A stretch of DNA of 64,000 bases from a virus: positions 66,821 to 130,820 of the IMG/VR virus record IMGVR_UViG_3300035670_000040; one strand, 5' to 3'. Position 1 is the stretch's first letter; each line of letters starts with the position of its first letter. The position numbers were made by a program, and so were the translations under genes. The notes under the pieces were generated by a model that was not told the DNA's origin, did no database searches, and worked only from the letters and a program-made list of their open reading frames with translations. Shown here one piece after another: positions 29,801-40,180 of this stretch.

Positions 29801-31440
29801 AAATCATATTTTATTCTTAAATATGTTCCAGAAATAGCAGGTATATATGGTGAATTTACTATATCATATTCCTGTAATAATATACCATTTTCAGTATCAT
29901 TTATATTAGTCGAAGATAATATAAATGCTTTTATTTTATCTCCTCTTAAAGTATTTTGTTTATTTTCTAAACTAAATTTAATATAATCATTATGACCATA
30001 CTCTTGTAATGGAAGTTCTAATATATCATAATCCGAATATATACTTGTATATAAATCGGCTTCAGAAAAATGTTCATTTAAGTTTTCACTTGATACATTA
30101 TTAATGTTTCTAACAACAGTAGATGTTAAATTAAAATTTAAAGAATTAATATTTTCATAATTAAAAACATTAGATGCGTCTTTATAAGAATTTTTAAATG
30201 AATAATAATAAGGGGGATATTTAGTATGCCAACTCACATAATTATTGTGAGTTGAAACCAATATAGGTGAATTTAGATTTATAGAAAAAGAAGAAGGGCT
30301 TGATATAGAACAAACACTAGACATTATTGTTTCATTTTCTGAAATAAATGGCAACTCTGCTATATATCTTAAAGATAACGATGTATTAGGAATGCCTGAT
30401 ATTGGTGTAAAAATATTAGCAGGATAATCTAAATCCTTTTTACCAAAACTTTGGTAAACAAAAACACCAGTATCGAAATTTAAGGTAGAACTCAAAACAC
30501 AGTTTAGAGGGTCTTCTAATGATAAATTTTGATTTATAGAAGACTGAAGTAGCTGAAAGGTTAATGTTTTATTTAAATCGTTTTGATTTAAAATATATCC
30601 TGTAACTAATGAACTATCTGGAAAAGTTAAGAAATCATCATAAGAATCTCCTATTTCTCTAATAGAATTGTCTTTAGAAAAATAATCTATATATCTTATA
30701 AAATAAGATAACCTACAAGTATCTGGTCTAATCTTACAACCATTTTTTTCTAGTAAACTTCTATAAAAAATTGGGTTATAAGTATCGGTAAATTTTATGA
30801 TTTCATTATTTCCTCTGGTTATATTTCCAGATAAACTATACATTATATTTGTTATCTGAGAAGAATTAAATGGTATAAAATTCTCTGGGTTTTTTGATAT
30901 AAATTGACTATGTCCTTGTTTTACTCTTTCTGTGTAAAAATTATCTATAAATTGAAAATAATCAGAACTTAATAAAACTGTTGATGTTTTTAATACATAA
31001 GACTTTATTCCATTATCATCTAAAACTTCACAAGATGTTGGGTACAAAAACAATTGAGAAGGATATGAAACTATTCCAAAAAAATTATTTTCTGATGTTT
31101 GTAACATAACAGAACCTAGAATATTACCGTAATTATTTTTTCTAAAAGCAGATGGATTCCAAGAAAATGTTAATAAATTTGTTGTTAGGTCTGCATTTAG
31201 TTCATAATTGTTTGGAGTAAAAACCAAAGGTTTACTTGAACTAAGACCTATTAAATTAGTATTTAATCCAGCAGGATCATAATATTTTTTTGTATATGTG
31301 TTATCTTCGCAATAATAAGGAGAAAAAATTGCATGTATAGGCAATAAAGAATATCTATAATCAACAACGGATCTATCGACAGAAAACAAATATTTTTCAT
31401 TTGGCCATGTTCCTGATGTTGTTACTATATATGGATTCAT
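26839..31440 (-). CDS. Very large beta-rich (Ig-like) baseplate-associated protein
   Basis: 1533-aa ORF rich in S/T/N/aromatic residues, in the baseplate block. Confidence 0.65.
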   Translation of the reverse strand: MNPYIVTTSGTWPNEKYLFSVDRSVVDYRYSLLPIHAIFSPYYCEDNTYTKKYYDPAGLNTNLIGLSSSKPLVFTPNNYELNADLTTNLLTFSWNPSAFRKNNYGNILGSVMLQTSENNFFGIVSYPSQLFLYPTSCEVLDDNGIKSYVLKTSTVLLSSDYFQFIDNFYTERVKQGHSQFISKNPENFIPFNSSQITNIMYSLSGNITRGNNEIIKFTDTYNPIFYRSLLEKNGCKIRPDTCRLSYFIRYIDYFSKDNSIREIGDSYDDFLTFPDSSLVTGYILNQNDLNKTLTFQLLQSSINQNLSLEDPLNCVLSSTLNFDTGVFVYQSFGKKDLDYPANIFTPISGIPNTSLSLRYIAELPFISENETIMSSVCSISSPSSFSINLNSPILVSTHNNYVSWHTKYPPYYYSFKNSYKDASNVFNYENINSLNFNLTSTVVRNINNVSSENLNEHFSEADLYTSIYSDYDILELPLQEYGHNDYIKFSLENKQNTLRGDKIKAFILSSTNINDTENGILLQEYDIVNSPYIPAISGTYLRIKYDLDFGGTSLTIKPSISTKVGNFDAYWSTTFTIGSDYFVRNSVLPPTITVLNQNISSVTLSIAQLTSENSAFGLDLRNSEIVWNIQGENTSDFVIKNVTPVDFGPFSLLNKNEPYSFDYTNQIEITGVSNKEFVVTLSSILYQTINSIIISPDYFYLYSENNIFIDHNEIDLNNKIKLLKVDCKVPILNKTYDINSGGNLFWKWSYNNIEDITPVTAFIVPPELTINSLEEFFSLNEVFNFSIYEENTTSYSDLISSIYFLVETDYTLTEETIPFNVSVELYDLGEIFNGNKTIQLNTYPNPIIFGTNFSVYYPNFETVSILNTNDNLNSFTRPPNGTNYFAFNALGLNSLNTSISSLKWIFETKISPISALNSYYYINETRTLTPDSSGSYNSVIFKDLNSYYYEENTYKNLEYINGLTSTILTQTDVNLLCSYLSFDRLTALTSTLISISSIENLTPLATSLFVTSTSFYTSAFFQESDYSFLQEINNLYKYNLYTSSINVDEIIDGDLFTSEYILYIADFWLSGQNILISDDQTTVTDFSSVNIVSNSNLLDFYTTTNKTTSFEYTLLEQYIQKEAYFETDVTLKAENVSILNWNNLYDFETKGKIVITSESEFTTYPDIFVIPKHIWIPKWRYNTLGEAWSKKTEKFVTVLDGYDTTYQYFLTGKTYGNRLSCQEFGIIITDTQNLDIEPTDPIQILFSVGNEEQVFLDEQIIETPDQYSLDANDIKIKDFKIPCYPDMYTEGGMTVYVTAFNRFFPSTGGVSYYGLNELSSTEISVFNYPITAKTHLREYDDEGFVTGNYANYNPRLYDYEPVKFRFYPEVSNFDLDQKRTLRVKQIIEVDPVNAPNLIQFNESSVVYELSSLYWTVSTVVPATSNEYIDLFNLNVGDAFVPLTINDYEVGTLVLTASALVSTKITPYTFSNYSSSEYTGERDLWGSVYQIAIGNEDKPVYEILISKINTITSETETISTYNAISTHNNYLLTI

Positions 31441-31471
31441 TTATATTACAATATAATTAGTATTATTAACC

Positions 31472-34400
31472 TTAAATTATACCCAATCCTTTTTGAAGTT
31501 CATAGTTTATCATTCTATCAAATAATCCATTATTAGAATACCAAGTATTTTGATTTGAATTTACTTTAATTGTCGTTTGCGAATTATCCCAATCAACAAA
31601 ATTTTCTACCCTATATTTTTCGTTTAGTTTTATAAACTGTTTATACTTAATTGCTGATAATTTATTTATAATAAATGTATGTTTGTTATAACCATTCATA
31701 TCTTTTATTTCTAATAATTTATTATCGAATAGAGATAAATCTGTCATTGGTATAGAAAAAGCAGATGTTTCTATATAATAAAAAGCAGAAGATAAATTTA
31801 CACTATATGAGGAACTGAAGTTTAAAATTGTTTTTGTTTTTAAATCCTCAATGTGAATTGACCAGTCTTTAAGACTTTCTGTAGAAAATTCTGAAAATGA
31901 TGTTATTGCATAATATATACTTGAAACTAATGGAACTTCTATTTCACTAACAAATATTTCTGCACTATTACTATTAACTTTGCTATAAAATGCAGTTAAT
32001 TGTTGAGTATTGAATGCTGAAGTAAACCTATAATTTGTTATAGAATAATCATCAGGTGTTGGTTTATATTCATAAAATTGATAATCAACTCTCCATTCCT
32101 CTGGTAAACCTATAGAAGTGGCTAATTGTGTTATAGAATAAATGTTTTGATTATCAATAAAACCAGTGCTTATTTTTCTATATTTTTTATCTAAGTTTTT
32201 GTATCTTAAAACAACAGGTATTCCTGCTGTTATATTATAATATAAAGTATCTATTAAATTTCCTTTATTTGATTGTTTTTCTTTCCCACAATATGAACAT
32301 ATACCATATCCATATTCATTAGACGTAAAAACATCACCACACTTACATTTTATTCCCATCAATTTATTCGGAGAAATGGATGCATAGTCAACAATTCTAG
32401 ATATTCCTTCAGGAAATCTTACTCTAAAACTTTCATCTTGAAAATCTATTTTAGACATTACATCATATAGATGTTTTATATCACAAGTATCTATGTCGGC
32501 AGTATTATCAACAAAGTTCGCAATCTTCGAAAATGTGGATACTCCTAGATCACTTGGTTCATATGGATATGTTCCAAAAATAGATCCCATAAATCCCTTT
32601 TTATTTGTTTTAGTTAATCTTATTTCTTCCAAATCATCATATTGTTTTTTTAATTCATCATTTAAATATATTTCTAGTTCACTATTTCCTTCATAAGAAG
32701 AAGTATTTTTAATATCGTTAAGTTCTTTTTGTAATTCTCTTATCTTTTGCTTTGCTTCCGATGAAACTTCTGAAAGAATATCAGAATCATTAAATTTATT
32801 ATTATATAAAAAAGGACTTTCTTTTAATGATCTCATAAAACTGAAATCATACATATATTTTCCCATATCAAAATCTTCATTTTTTACAAATATCTTATAA
32901 CTGTCTTTGTTAGAAAAAATTATATTTTTACTTGTACCTGTCACATATCCTGTTTTATTACTATCAATCAAGTATGTATATTTATAACACCATTTCCAAC
33001 CATTTAAATCACCATTAGCTTTTAATGATTTAGAAAATTTTGAATATTTAATACTATAAGGAGTTATTATTTGTCCTTCAGAATCAATATCATATTCTAT
33101 ATTGGAAGGATTTATAAAAAAGAATGATTCTTCCTTTAAATTAGATGTATTTAAAACATGAACTTTATTCTGTAACGAATTTAAAACATATATTCTTTCA
33201 TTTAAATTGTAAGCTATACCATCTATTATTGATTTGTTTTTAGTATCATTGATATTACTATTTTTTATTTCAAATTCTTTTAATATAAAATAAGTAGAAG
33301 ATATTTTAGTTATTTTACTATAAGAATGATTAAAATATAAATTTCCATTTTTATCTAAAACCATATGTTTTATATTAGAATATATTGGAAGTTTTTTAAT
33401 TAACTCAAAATTTATTGTATTAAAAACCTGTATAAAAGAATCGTTTGTGTAAATGTATTTTAAATCTTTATTAAGATGACCATTATTAATAACATATATT
33501 TTATTTTCAGGTGATAACAATATATTTCCTAAAAAAATGTTGTCAAATTCTTTTATTAATAACTGATGTAATAATTTATTGTCATATTTTAATAATACAC
33601 TTTTTTTATTTTGGTTTTTATATATACCACTAATATATAAGTTATTATCTTTATCAGTATCTATACAAACAGGTATAATGTTGTTTAATTTTAAAATACC
33701 AATCAAATTTCCGTTATCATTAAATTTTAAAATTGTTCCAGCATTAGATAAACCAACAAACAAATTTAAATTTCCATCAACAACCAAATTATCTGGAGTA
33801 TATTTTACTAAATTAGGTATATTCAAATTTATTGTTTTTAAATCTATTGTTTTATAAATCTTACCATCAGAAGTTATTCTGTAAATTTTATCTAATTCAA
33901 CATCTGAAACCCATGCATGGTAGGTTGGAAAGTTTAAACAAGCAACAGAATGAAGTCCAGTTAAACTCTTTTTATTGTCATAATTACTGGATATATGAGG
34001 ATATGTTTTTTTATCTGTTTTAGTATTCCATAAAACAGCAGTGTCCATATTTGGATTTTTTTTAACAGATCCTTTAATTGGGATTTTTTTCTGTGAAAAC
34101 AAATCATTATAAGAATCTAAAGTACTACTATAAAAATATTGTGGCGAATCTATAATAGAATTTTTAGTAAAAACATATTGAGCAATATTAACTTCACCAG
34201 TTGTTGAATTCAATAACCATAAATTTGAATTATAATTATTAGCTTCAAGATTTGGTTTATTGAACGTAATAGATGCTGATAAATTTACAGTACTAGCATT
34301 TTTTTGTTCGTATGTGGATTTATAATAACCTCCTGTTAAAAAATTGTTAGAATCTTTATATTTTATAAAAGGTTCTTCTTGTGGTTTTAAAAAAGAACTA

Positions 34401-35788
34401 ACTGGTAAGAAATTATTAGAAAAAACAAGATTTAAAGGTATTTCTTCTTCTTTTGATATTGGTATATAATGTGCAAATCCTCCATTTTTATCAGCTAGTC
34501 TTATTGATGCTTCTAAATTATGTGGATCGGCTATTTGATGGGTTAAGTATCCCACACTAGCAATAAACGGAATATCTGAACCTTGCCATTGAATAGGAGG
34601 TATTGGATTAACTCCATTTCTTGTAAATTTTATAGTTTCTGGTTCCCTCCATAATGTTACATAAGGAACATATGTTTGGGCTGTATTATTTGCATGACTA
34701 GGATGAGGCCCATCTATATTTGTTTTTGATTGATTGTCTCTAATATTAGAACTTCTTAAGGTTGCCCATAATACAGTATATTGTTCATTATTAATAATTT
34801 GATCTTGATTATACCAATCATCAACAAAATAAAACTTTGCTTTTCCTTTTGTTCCTACTTCTATACCATTTTTATATTCTTCAGAATAAAGAATAGAAAC
34901 ACTTCCATCTGTCATGGGAAGTTCAATTTTTATATTTTTTATTTCTTCTCCGTATTCATTAACACGTATAGTGTCTTTGTCTTTTATTACTTTTATTTCT
35001 TTTATTACATTTAATGATTCATCTAAAAATCTCCACTCAGGTCTTAAAAAAGAATACTTTGTTGGTACATCAAGAGAAGGTAAAGATTTTGAAAATTGAG
35101 AATATAGATCAATATATCTATCATCATTAGTAATTGAATATGTAACTTCTAATTCAAAAGGAAATCTATTTAAATGTCCTGCATATGTTGGTGGCGGTAC
35201 TTTTGAGAATCGTATAGAATCATTTATATATTCTTCGACAATTATGATTTCAGAATATTCGTATTTTATATTTGCTGATGTATATGCAATCATTTCGACC
35301 TTAAAAACTCCAGCAGAATCAAATGTCGCATCTTTTACTATTGATCTATTTGATAATACACCATTACCAAAGTTCCATTGAATATATTTTATATTTTTTG
35401 CATCAATGTCAAAAATATCAGGATTAGGTGTAAATGTAAACTTTGTTACTCTTGAATAGTTTTTATCATTTTCGTTTCTAACTGTTCTTGTTATTAAAAA
35501 TTTCTTGTCTGGAATATTTTTTACATTAATATCTATATATTCAATTTTACTTAAAGTTTTTTTCCCTTTTTTATAAAAAATGGTGGCTTTTACTTTGTAT
35601 TTTTTTGCTTTTCCAAAAACTTTTGTTGTTGTTTTTGTTTTTACATCATTTTTAGTATTATCACCCCAAACATAAGTTACATTTGAAAAAACAGATCCAT
35701 CAGAAAAGTCATCAACAGTAAATGTAAAAACAGTATCGTTTATAAACCCCTCATTAGGTAGTAATGAATTTGAAGTTACTGTAATCAT
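31472..35788 (-). CDS. Baseplate wedge protein (gp7 position) with PKD domains, NHL propeller and Zn finger
   Basis: YVWGDN and QWNFGNG PKDs; PDNLVVDGNLNLFV, PVCIDTDKDNNLY; DIDTCDIKHL; CKC...CSYC; directly after gp6. Confidence 0.7.
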   Translation of the reverse strand: MITVTSNSLLPNEGFINDTVFTFTVDDFSDGSVFSNVTYVWGDNTKNDVKTKTTTKVFGKAKKYKVKATIFYKKGKKTLSKIEYIDINVKNIPDKKFLITRTVRNENDKNYSRVTKFTFTPNPDIFDIDAKNIKYIQWNFGNGVLSNRSIVKDATFDSAGVFKVEMIAYTSANIKYEYSEIIIVEEYINDSIRFSKVPPPTYAGHLNRFPFELEVTYSITNDDRYIDLYSQFSKSLPSLDVPTKYSFLRPEWRFLDESLNVIKEIKVIKDKDTIRVNEYGEEIKNIKIELPMTDGSVSILYSEEYKNGIEVGTKGKAKFYFVDDWYNQDQIINNEQYTVLWATLRSSNIRDNQSKTNIDGPHPSHANNTAQTYVPYVTLWREPETIKFTRNGVNPIPPIQWQGSDIPFIASVGYLTHQIADPHNLEASIRLADKNGGFAHYIPISKEEEIPLNLVFSNNFLPVSSFLKPQEEPFIKYKDSNNFLTGGYYKSTYEQKNASTVNLSASITFNKPNLEANNYNSNLWLLNSTTGEVNIAQYVFTKNSIIDSPQYFYSSTLDSYNDLFSQKKIPIKGSVKKNPNMDTAVLWNTKTDKKTYPHISSNYDNKKSLTGLHSVACLNFPTYHAWVSDVELDKIYRITSDGKIYKTIDLKTINLNIPNLVKYTPDNLVVDGNLNLFVGLSNAGTILKFNDNGNLIGILKLNNIIPVCIDTDKDNNLYISGIYKNQNKKSVLLKYDNKLLHQLLIKEFDNIFLGNILLSPENKIYVINNGHLNKDLKYIYTNDSFIQVFNTINFELIKKLPIYSNIKHMVLDKNGNLYFNHSYSKITKISSTYFILKEFEIKNSNINDTKNKSIIDGIAYNLNERIYVLNSLQNKVHVLNTSNLKEESFFFINPSNIEYDIDSEGQIITPYSIKYSKFSKSLKANGDLNGWKWCYKYTYLIDSNKTGYVTGTSKNIIFSNKDSYKIFVKNEDFDMGKYMYDFSFMRSLKESPFLYNNKFNDSDILSEVSSEAKQKIRELQKELNDIKNTSSYEGNSELEIYLNDELKKQYDDLEEIRLTKTNKKGFMGSIFGTYPYEPSDLGVSTFSKIANFVDNTADIDTCDIKHLYDVMSKIDFQDESFRVRFPEGISRIVDYASISPNKLMGIKCKCGDVFTSNEYGYGICSYCGKEKQSNKGNLIDTLYYNITAGIPVVLRYKNLDKKYRKISTGFIDNQNIYSITQLATSIGLPEEWRVDYQFYEYKPTPDDYSITNYRFTSAFNTQQLTAFYSKVNSNSAEIFVSEIEVPLVSSIYYAITSFSEFSTESLKDWSIHIEDLKTKTILNFSSSYSVNLSSAFYYIETSAFSIPMTDLSLFDNKLLEIKDMNGYNKHTFIINKLSAIKYKQFIKLNEKYRVENFVDWDNSQTTIKVNSNQNTWYSNNGLFDRMINYELQKGLGII

Positions 35789-35794
35789 GTTAGA

Positions 35795-37600
35795 TTAAAA
35801 TTGTGTTGCTTCTATTGTTGATGGTTCTTTATAAATTTCTATTTGAGAACCTATGTTTGAAAGGTTGTTGAATATAGGAAACTTAAATTCATCTAAAAAT
35901 ACATTTTGTGTATAAACCTTTTTATCATTGTCTGGATAATAAAAATTCCATGCTAGTAAACTAACACCATCTGTGTATGAATTTGTTTTTTTATTATAAG
36001 TTTTAATATCTTCAACATCATCAAGAGCGAGTATGGATGATGTTATTCTATTAATATCAATATATTGACCTAGTTTAGAGTTTTCTGGTAAAAACTGATC
36101 TTTAAAAACATCAGCAATTTGATTTATTATCATAGAATCAGAAAGAGTGGATGTTCTAGATTTAAAAACTCTTAAAATTGTTGGAGTAAGATCGTTTAAT
36201 GATATTTCAGTACCTGCCTTTGGAGGAACAAAAAAATCAAACATGATATATACGGGATCTGTTGCTACAAGTTCTGTTGTAACAATTTTCCAAGGTTCAA
36301 GTCCATTAATCATTAATTCTTTTTGTGGCGGATTTAAAAATGATTGATTTGATGTTTTTGGAACAGCACAAATATAAAGATTATTAAAATTACAAGCATT
36401 CGAGAATTTAACCTGATTAAATAAAATATTAAATTCTTTATGAGGATTTTTAAGACCTATATCATAAAAATATTTCATATATTTCATTAAATAATCATTA
36501 TTGTTTAATATTTTTACATCTCTTATAAAATTTGAATAATTATTTTTTATATAAGATTCGTAGTCTCGTTTTGTTGCTAATCTGTATTGAGATCTAAAAG
36601 ATTGCGGTGCATTTTTTCTTATTTCATCAACAGATTCTTCTTGTTTAAAATCGGTTGATGGAAATGCATTATTTATAAAAATGTTTCTAAGTTGAGAAGG
36701 TTCTAAATAATTTGCATTAACAGAATTTGTATCATCTAAAACATTAGAAAATAAAACAGAATTAAATCTAACAACGAATTGATTTCCCAATCCACCAGAT
36801 CCAATAGAAACATCATCTGGATTTATTCTTAAATAATAAACCAAAACTTCATCTCCTGTATTTAATTTTTTACCATTTATATCATTACCAAATGTTATTT
36901 CGTATCTCTTATTTTCATTATATCTTATTTCATAAACAGTTTCATTTGAAGTATGAAGAAATAATTCATTTACAGGAGAATATTTAACCCATTGATTTGA
37001 GTTTCTTTCTCTTACATATACATCGATACTATAATGATCAATAAACATTGATTCATCCAAACTCAAAAATAAACTTTCATTATCAAATCCTAATGCAGTA
37101 TAAACAGGATATTCTTCATATATACCTTGTTTTAATAAAACATTATCATTCAATGCTGTTATTAATTCATTCACACCTTCATTAAGTTTTGTAAAAAAAG
37201 TATCCTTTGTAAAAGAAAATGCACTACCACCAACATTAACATAACTATATCTAGGAATTGTGTAATTGTTTGCTGGAATAGACAACCCAGCAATTATTCT
37301 TACAGGAACAACTGAAGCTGTTTTACCTATTGGTTTATATCCCAAAATCTTAACTATTTTATTCATGTTCTCATAAAGTTGAGCTTCAGAAAACATACTT
37401 TCAGATGAAGTTTTATTTAAATAAAATAAAAGATTACCAAAAACAAGACTTATAACATCTATTAAAGCAGAAAGATTTGACCCTTGATAGTTTTGATCAG
37501 TAAAAACCTTTCCTTTGTTTAATCTGTCAATTATCAATGACTTTAAGCTCAAGGCATCAAAGTTTAAGTATGTATTTTTATCAAAATATATTTCGTTCAT
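35795..37600 (-). CDS. gp6: Baseplate wedge subunit, gp6-like
   Basis: FTDQNYQGSNLSALID, LGYKP, FGNDINGK, ESVDEIRKNAP...QYRLATKRDY. Confidence 0.92.
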   Translation of the reverse strand: MNEIYFDKNTYLNFDALSLKSLIIDRLNKGKVFTDQNYQGSNLSALIDVISLVFGNLLFYLNKTSSESMFSEAQLYENMNKIVKILGYKPIGKTASVVPVRIIAGLSIPANNYTIPRYSYVNVGGSAFSFTKDTFFTKLNEGVNELITALNDNVLLKQGIYEEYPVYTALGFDNESLFLSLDESMFIDHYSIDVYVRERNSNQWVKYSPVNELFLHTSNETVYEIRYNENKRYEITFGNDINGKKLNTGDEVLVYYLRINPDDVSIGSGGLGNQFVVRFNSVLFSNVLDDTNSVNANYLEPSQLRNIFINNAFPSTDFKQEESVDEIRKNAPQSFRSQYRLATKRDYESYIKNNYSNFIRDVKILNNNDYLMKYMKYFYDIGLKNPHKEFNILFNQVKFSNACNFNNLYICAVPKTSNQSFLNPPQKELMINGLEPWKIVTTELVATDPVYIMFDFFVPPKAGTEISLNDLTPTILRVFKSRTSTLSDSMIINQIADVFKDQFLPENSKLGQYIDINRITSSILALDDVEDIKTYNKKTNSYTDGVSLLAWNFYYPDNDKKVYTQNVFLDEFKFPIFNNLSNIGSQIEIYKEPSTIEATQF

Positions 37601-37605
37601 ATTTA

Positions 37606-38109
37606 TTATTTAGAATCTTGCACGTTGGATTTTAATACTATATCAGTAGATGTTTGTTTGTTTAAACTAGGTATGTCATAAAAAACAGAAATTCTGTAAA
37701 TATTTTCGTCAAATAGAACATTAACAAGTATCTTTGAGATATTTATTCTTTTTTCTAAACCAGATAATCTATTTAACACATATCTACCTATATAATCACC
37801 GTTTGTTTCACTCATTGGTTCAAACAAAAATTTATCTAAATTCATACCAAAATTTGGATCAAGAACTTTTTCGTTTGGTTTTGTATTAATACAATTAAAT
37901 ATAGAATTTGCTATTGCTGATTCGTCAAAAGAAACCTTAATATCATTAGATACACCTGACTTTAATCTAGTTCCAACAGCAACAGACATTTTTATATCCA
38001 AATGTAAATCGGTATAAGTAATATCATCATAAGTATCTTCGGATACTTTTGTTTGTTGTGTATTAACCTGTTTTGGTTTTATTATGTTATCTAAACGAAC
38101 TGTAGCCAT
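37606..38109 (-). CDS. gp25: Baseplate wedge subunit/sheath initiator, gp25-like
   Basis: YTDL, DESAIANSIFN...TKPNEK...PNFGMNL...LFEP...EKRI. Confidence 0.9.
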   Translation of the reverse strand: MATVRLDNIIKPKQVNTQQTKVSEDTYDDITYTDLHLDIKMSVAVGTRLKSGVSNDIKVSFDESAIANSIFNCINTKPNEKVLDPNFGMNLDKFLFEPMSETNGDYIGRYVLNRLSGLEKRINISKILVNVLFDENIYRISVFYDIPSLNKQTSTDIVLKSNVQDSK

Positions 38110-38145
38110 ACTAGGATAAATATACTTATAGAAAAACTAAATATT

Positions 38146-38676
38146 ATGGCAAAATATAATTCATTCGACGTTATTTATGAAAAGGCATTTTCAAAATATG
38201 CCAATGGTGGTGCATTTAGAGAAAATACACCAATAAAAATAAAAGACACTTATTTTAATAGTGATTATTATAAAGAAAGATATTCTGGAGATAATGGTTT
38301 CACAGATTGGTTAAAAAATATGATTAAACAAGGTATATTCTTTTTTATTCATAAAATAAATGCTAGTGATACAACTGGTGATGCTAAAGATGCGGTAGAC
38401 TATTCAGGGGCAAAACACTTGTTTTTAACAATTAAAACAGATCCAAGATGTCCTGCATATTCTACTGAATATAACGAGTTTGATGTTCCAGCAAATTTTA
38501 AATATTTAGAGGTCTTAGATTTTGGTCCAAATCTTCCACCAGTTCAGGGTGTACCTAATAAATACGAAAAACCCTTTACAGATCATACACCACAAGAAGC
38601 ACCTGATTTTATGAATTTAGGAAATAGACCTAAAGATGATAAACTTACTGTTAAAAATATAAAAATAAAAGTTTAA
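38146..38676 (+). CDS. Hypothetical late protein
   Basis: 176 aa; TAAATA upstream; leader SFDVIYE. Confidence 0.7.
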   Translation: MAKYNSFDVIYEKAFSKYANGGAFRENTPIKIKDTYFNSDYYKERYSGDNGFTDWLKNMIKQGIFFFIHKINASDTTGDAKDAVDYSGAKHLFLTIKTDPRCPAYSTEYNEFDVPANFKYLEVLDFGPNLPPVQGVPNKYEKPFTDHTPQEAPDFMNLGNRPKDDKLTVKNIKIKV

Positions 38677-39611
38677 ACTTTTAAAGTATTTTCTATCGAA
38701 TAGATACAACAATAGAAATTAATTTCGTGATCAGTTACAAAATTATCTTTATACATATATTCACCAATATCCAATAAAATCATCTTTTTAAGATTATCTG
38801 ATAAATCAGATTCATAGAATATCTCGAAAAGATTTTTTAAAAGTATTTGATAATTTGAATTAAAAAGATTCTCAGATTCGATAATATATTTTCTTATATT
38901 TAAAGAAGAAGTTTTCTGAATTATCTTTTTATATACAGAATTAGCAAAATCCAATACTTCATCATTTTCTAGAATAAAAAGATTTCCTGATATAGAGAAT
39001 TTTTGTAAATCGTTTATTGTTTTTCTTATATCAGGAAATCTTGAAGATACGAAATTATTTATTTTCTTTTTTTCATCATCACTTATTTGAATTTTCTCTT
39101 TAACAAGTATTGATACACATCTTTTAATAACATCATCTATATTAGATTTTAATTCAAACATAGAACACCTTGATTTAATCGGTTCTATAATTTTTTTAAT
39201 ATAGTTCGCTGTTAATATAAATCTTGTCGAATTATGAAATTCCTCCATGACATTTCGAAGAGTCTTTTGAGCATCCAAAGTCATTCCACAAAACTCATCG
39301 AGTATGATAACCTTTTTTCTTCCATCAAATGATCTAACCTGAGAAAAAGACATTACCTTACCACGAATTGTGTCTATACCATTCTCATCGCTTGCATTGA
39401 TGTATAAATATTGACAATTCAAAACATCATTAACAAGTATTTTTGCTAAAGTAGTTTTTCCTGTACCAGCATCACCATAAAACAAAAGGTTTGGTATATC
39501 CTCTTCTAGTGAAAGAAAGTATTTCTTTGTTTCTTCATCTAAGATAAGATCATCTAGTTTTTTTGGTCTGTATTTTTCAACCCACAAATCGTTATAATGA
39601 GATATTTTCAT
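38673..39611 (-). CDS. gp44: Clamp loader large subunit, gp44/RFC-like
   Basis: LWVEKYRP, GDAGTGKTT, NASDENGID, ILDE, SRC, FPDIRK. Confidence 0.95.
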   Translation of the reverse strand: MKISHYNDLWVEKYRPKKLDDLILDEETKKYFLSLEEDIPNLLFYGDAGTGKTTLAKILVNDVLNCQYLYINASDENGIDTIRGKVMSFSQVRSFDGRKKVIILDEFCGMTLDAQKTLRNVMEEFHNSTRFILTANYIKKIIEPIKSRCSMFELKSNIDDVIKRCVSILVKEKIQISDDEKKKINNFVSSRFPDIRKTINDLQKFSISGNLFILENDEVLDFANSVYKKIIQKTSSLNIRKYIIESENLFNSNYQILLKNLFEIFYESDLSDNLKKMILLDIGEYMYKDNFVTDHEINFYCCIYSIENTLKV

Positions 39612-39623
39612 TGAATTTTTACA

Positions 39624-39652
39624 ATATTACTATATTATTATCTCAATGTCCA
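39624..39652 (-). promoter_or_regulatory. sigma70-type promoter of gp44
   Basis: TGGACA-17 nt-TAATAT on the minus strand. Confidence 0.5.
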
Positions 39653-39703
39653 TTAAAAATGGAAAAATATTCAAAAGCAAGTAAATATATATAGTTCATA
39701 AAC

Positions 39704-40180
39704 ATGGATAATTCAAACGAAATAGATTCTATTATAGATCAGTTGAAGAATGATTCTGTTCAAAATTCAACAAGTTCAAAAAGAAAACCAACACTAACAG
39801 GATTGACTGATGAAAATGTAAACGATTATGTTTATAATAAAACAGCAGAAGTCATTGAATCTGGTTTAGATGCTATAAGCAATTTAAAAGACTCCGTAAT
39901 GACAGGACAAGACCCAAAGGAGATATCGGCCTTGGCGCAGCTTATAGGAGCAACAACAAAGGCAATTGATGGTCTTAATAAGATTAATCTACAGATTAAA
40001 CAACATAAGAATAATATTGAGGTTGCTAAACTTGAAAACGAAAGTTTAAAGAAAATGCAAACATCAACAACAAATGTTCTTGCTATAGCAACAAGAGAAG
40101 AAGTAATGAAAAAACTTTTTGATAAAAATCCAAGAACAGATAAAGTTGAGCTTATAGAGGATGCTGTTGTTGAAGATTAA
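39704..40180 (+). CDS. gp16: Terminase small subunit, gp16-like
   Basis: Helical core G..AI..L...DPKEISALAQLI, C-terminal TTNVLAIATREEVMK; late promoter. Confidence 0.7.
   Translation: MDNSNEIDSIIDQLKNDSVQNSTSSKRKPTLTGLTDENVNDYVYNKTAEVIESGLDAISNLKDSVMTGQDPKEISALAQLIGATTKAIDGLNKINLQIKQHKNNIEVAKLENESLKKMQTSTTNVLAIATREEVMKKLFDKNPRTDKVELIEDAVVED

Noticed and set aside
35795-38109. Bacterial contractile injection system or T6SS locus
   Set aside because: Capsid, portal, protease, small terminase and replication genes show a genuine phage.
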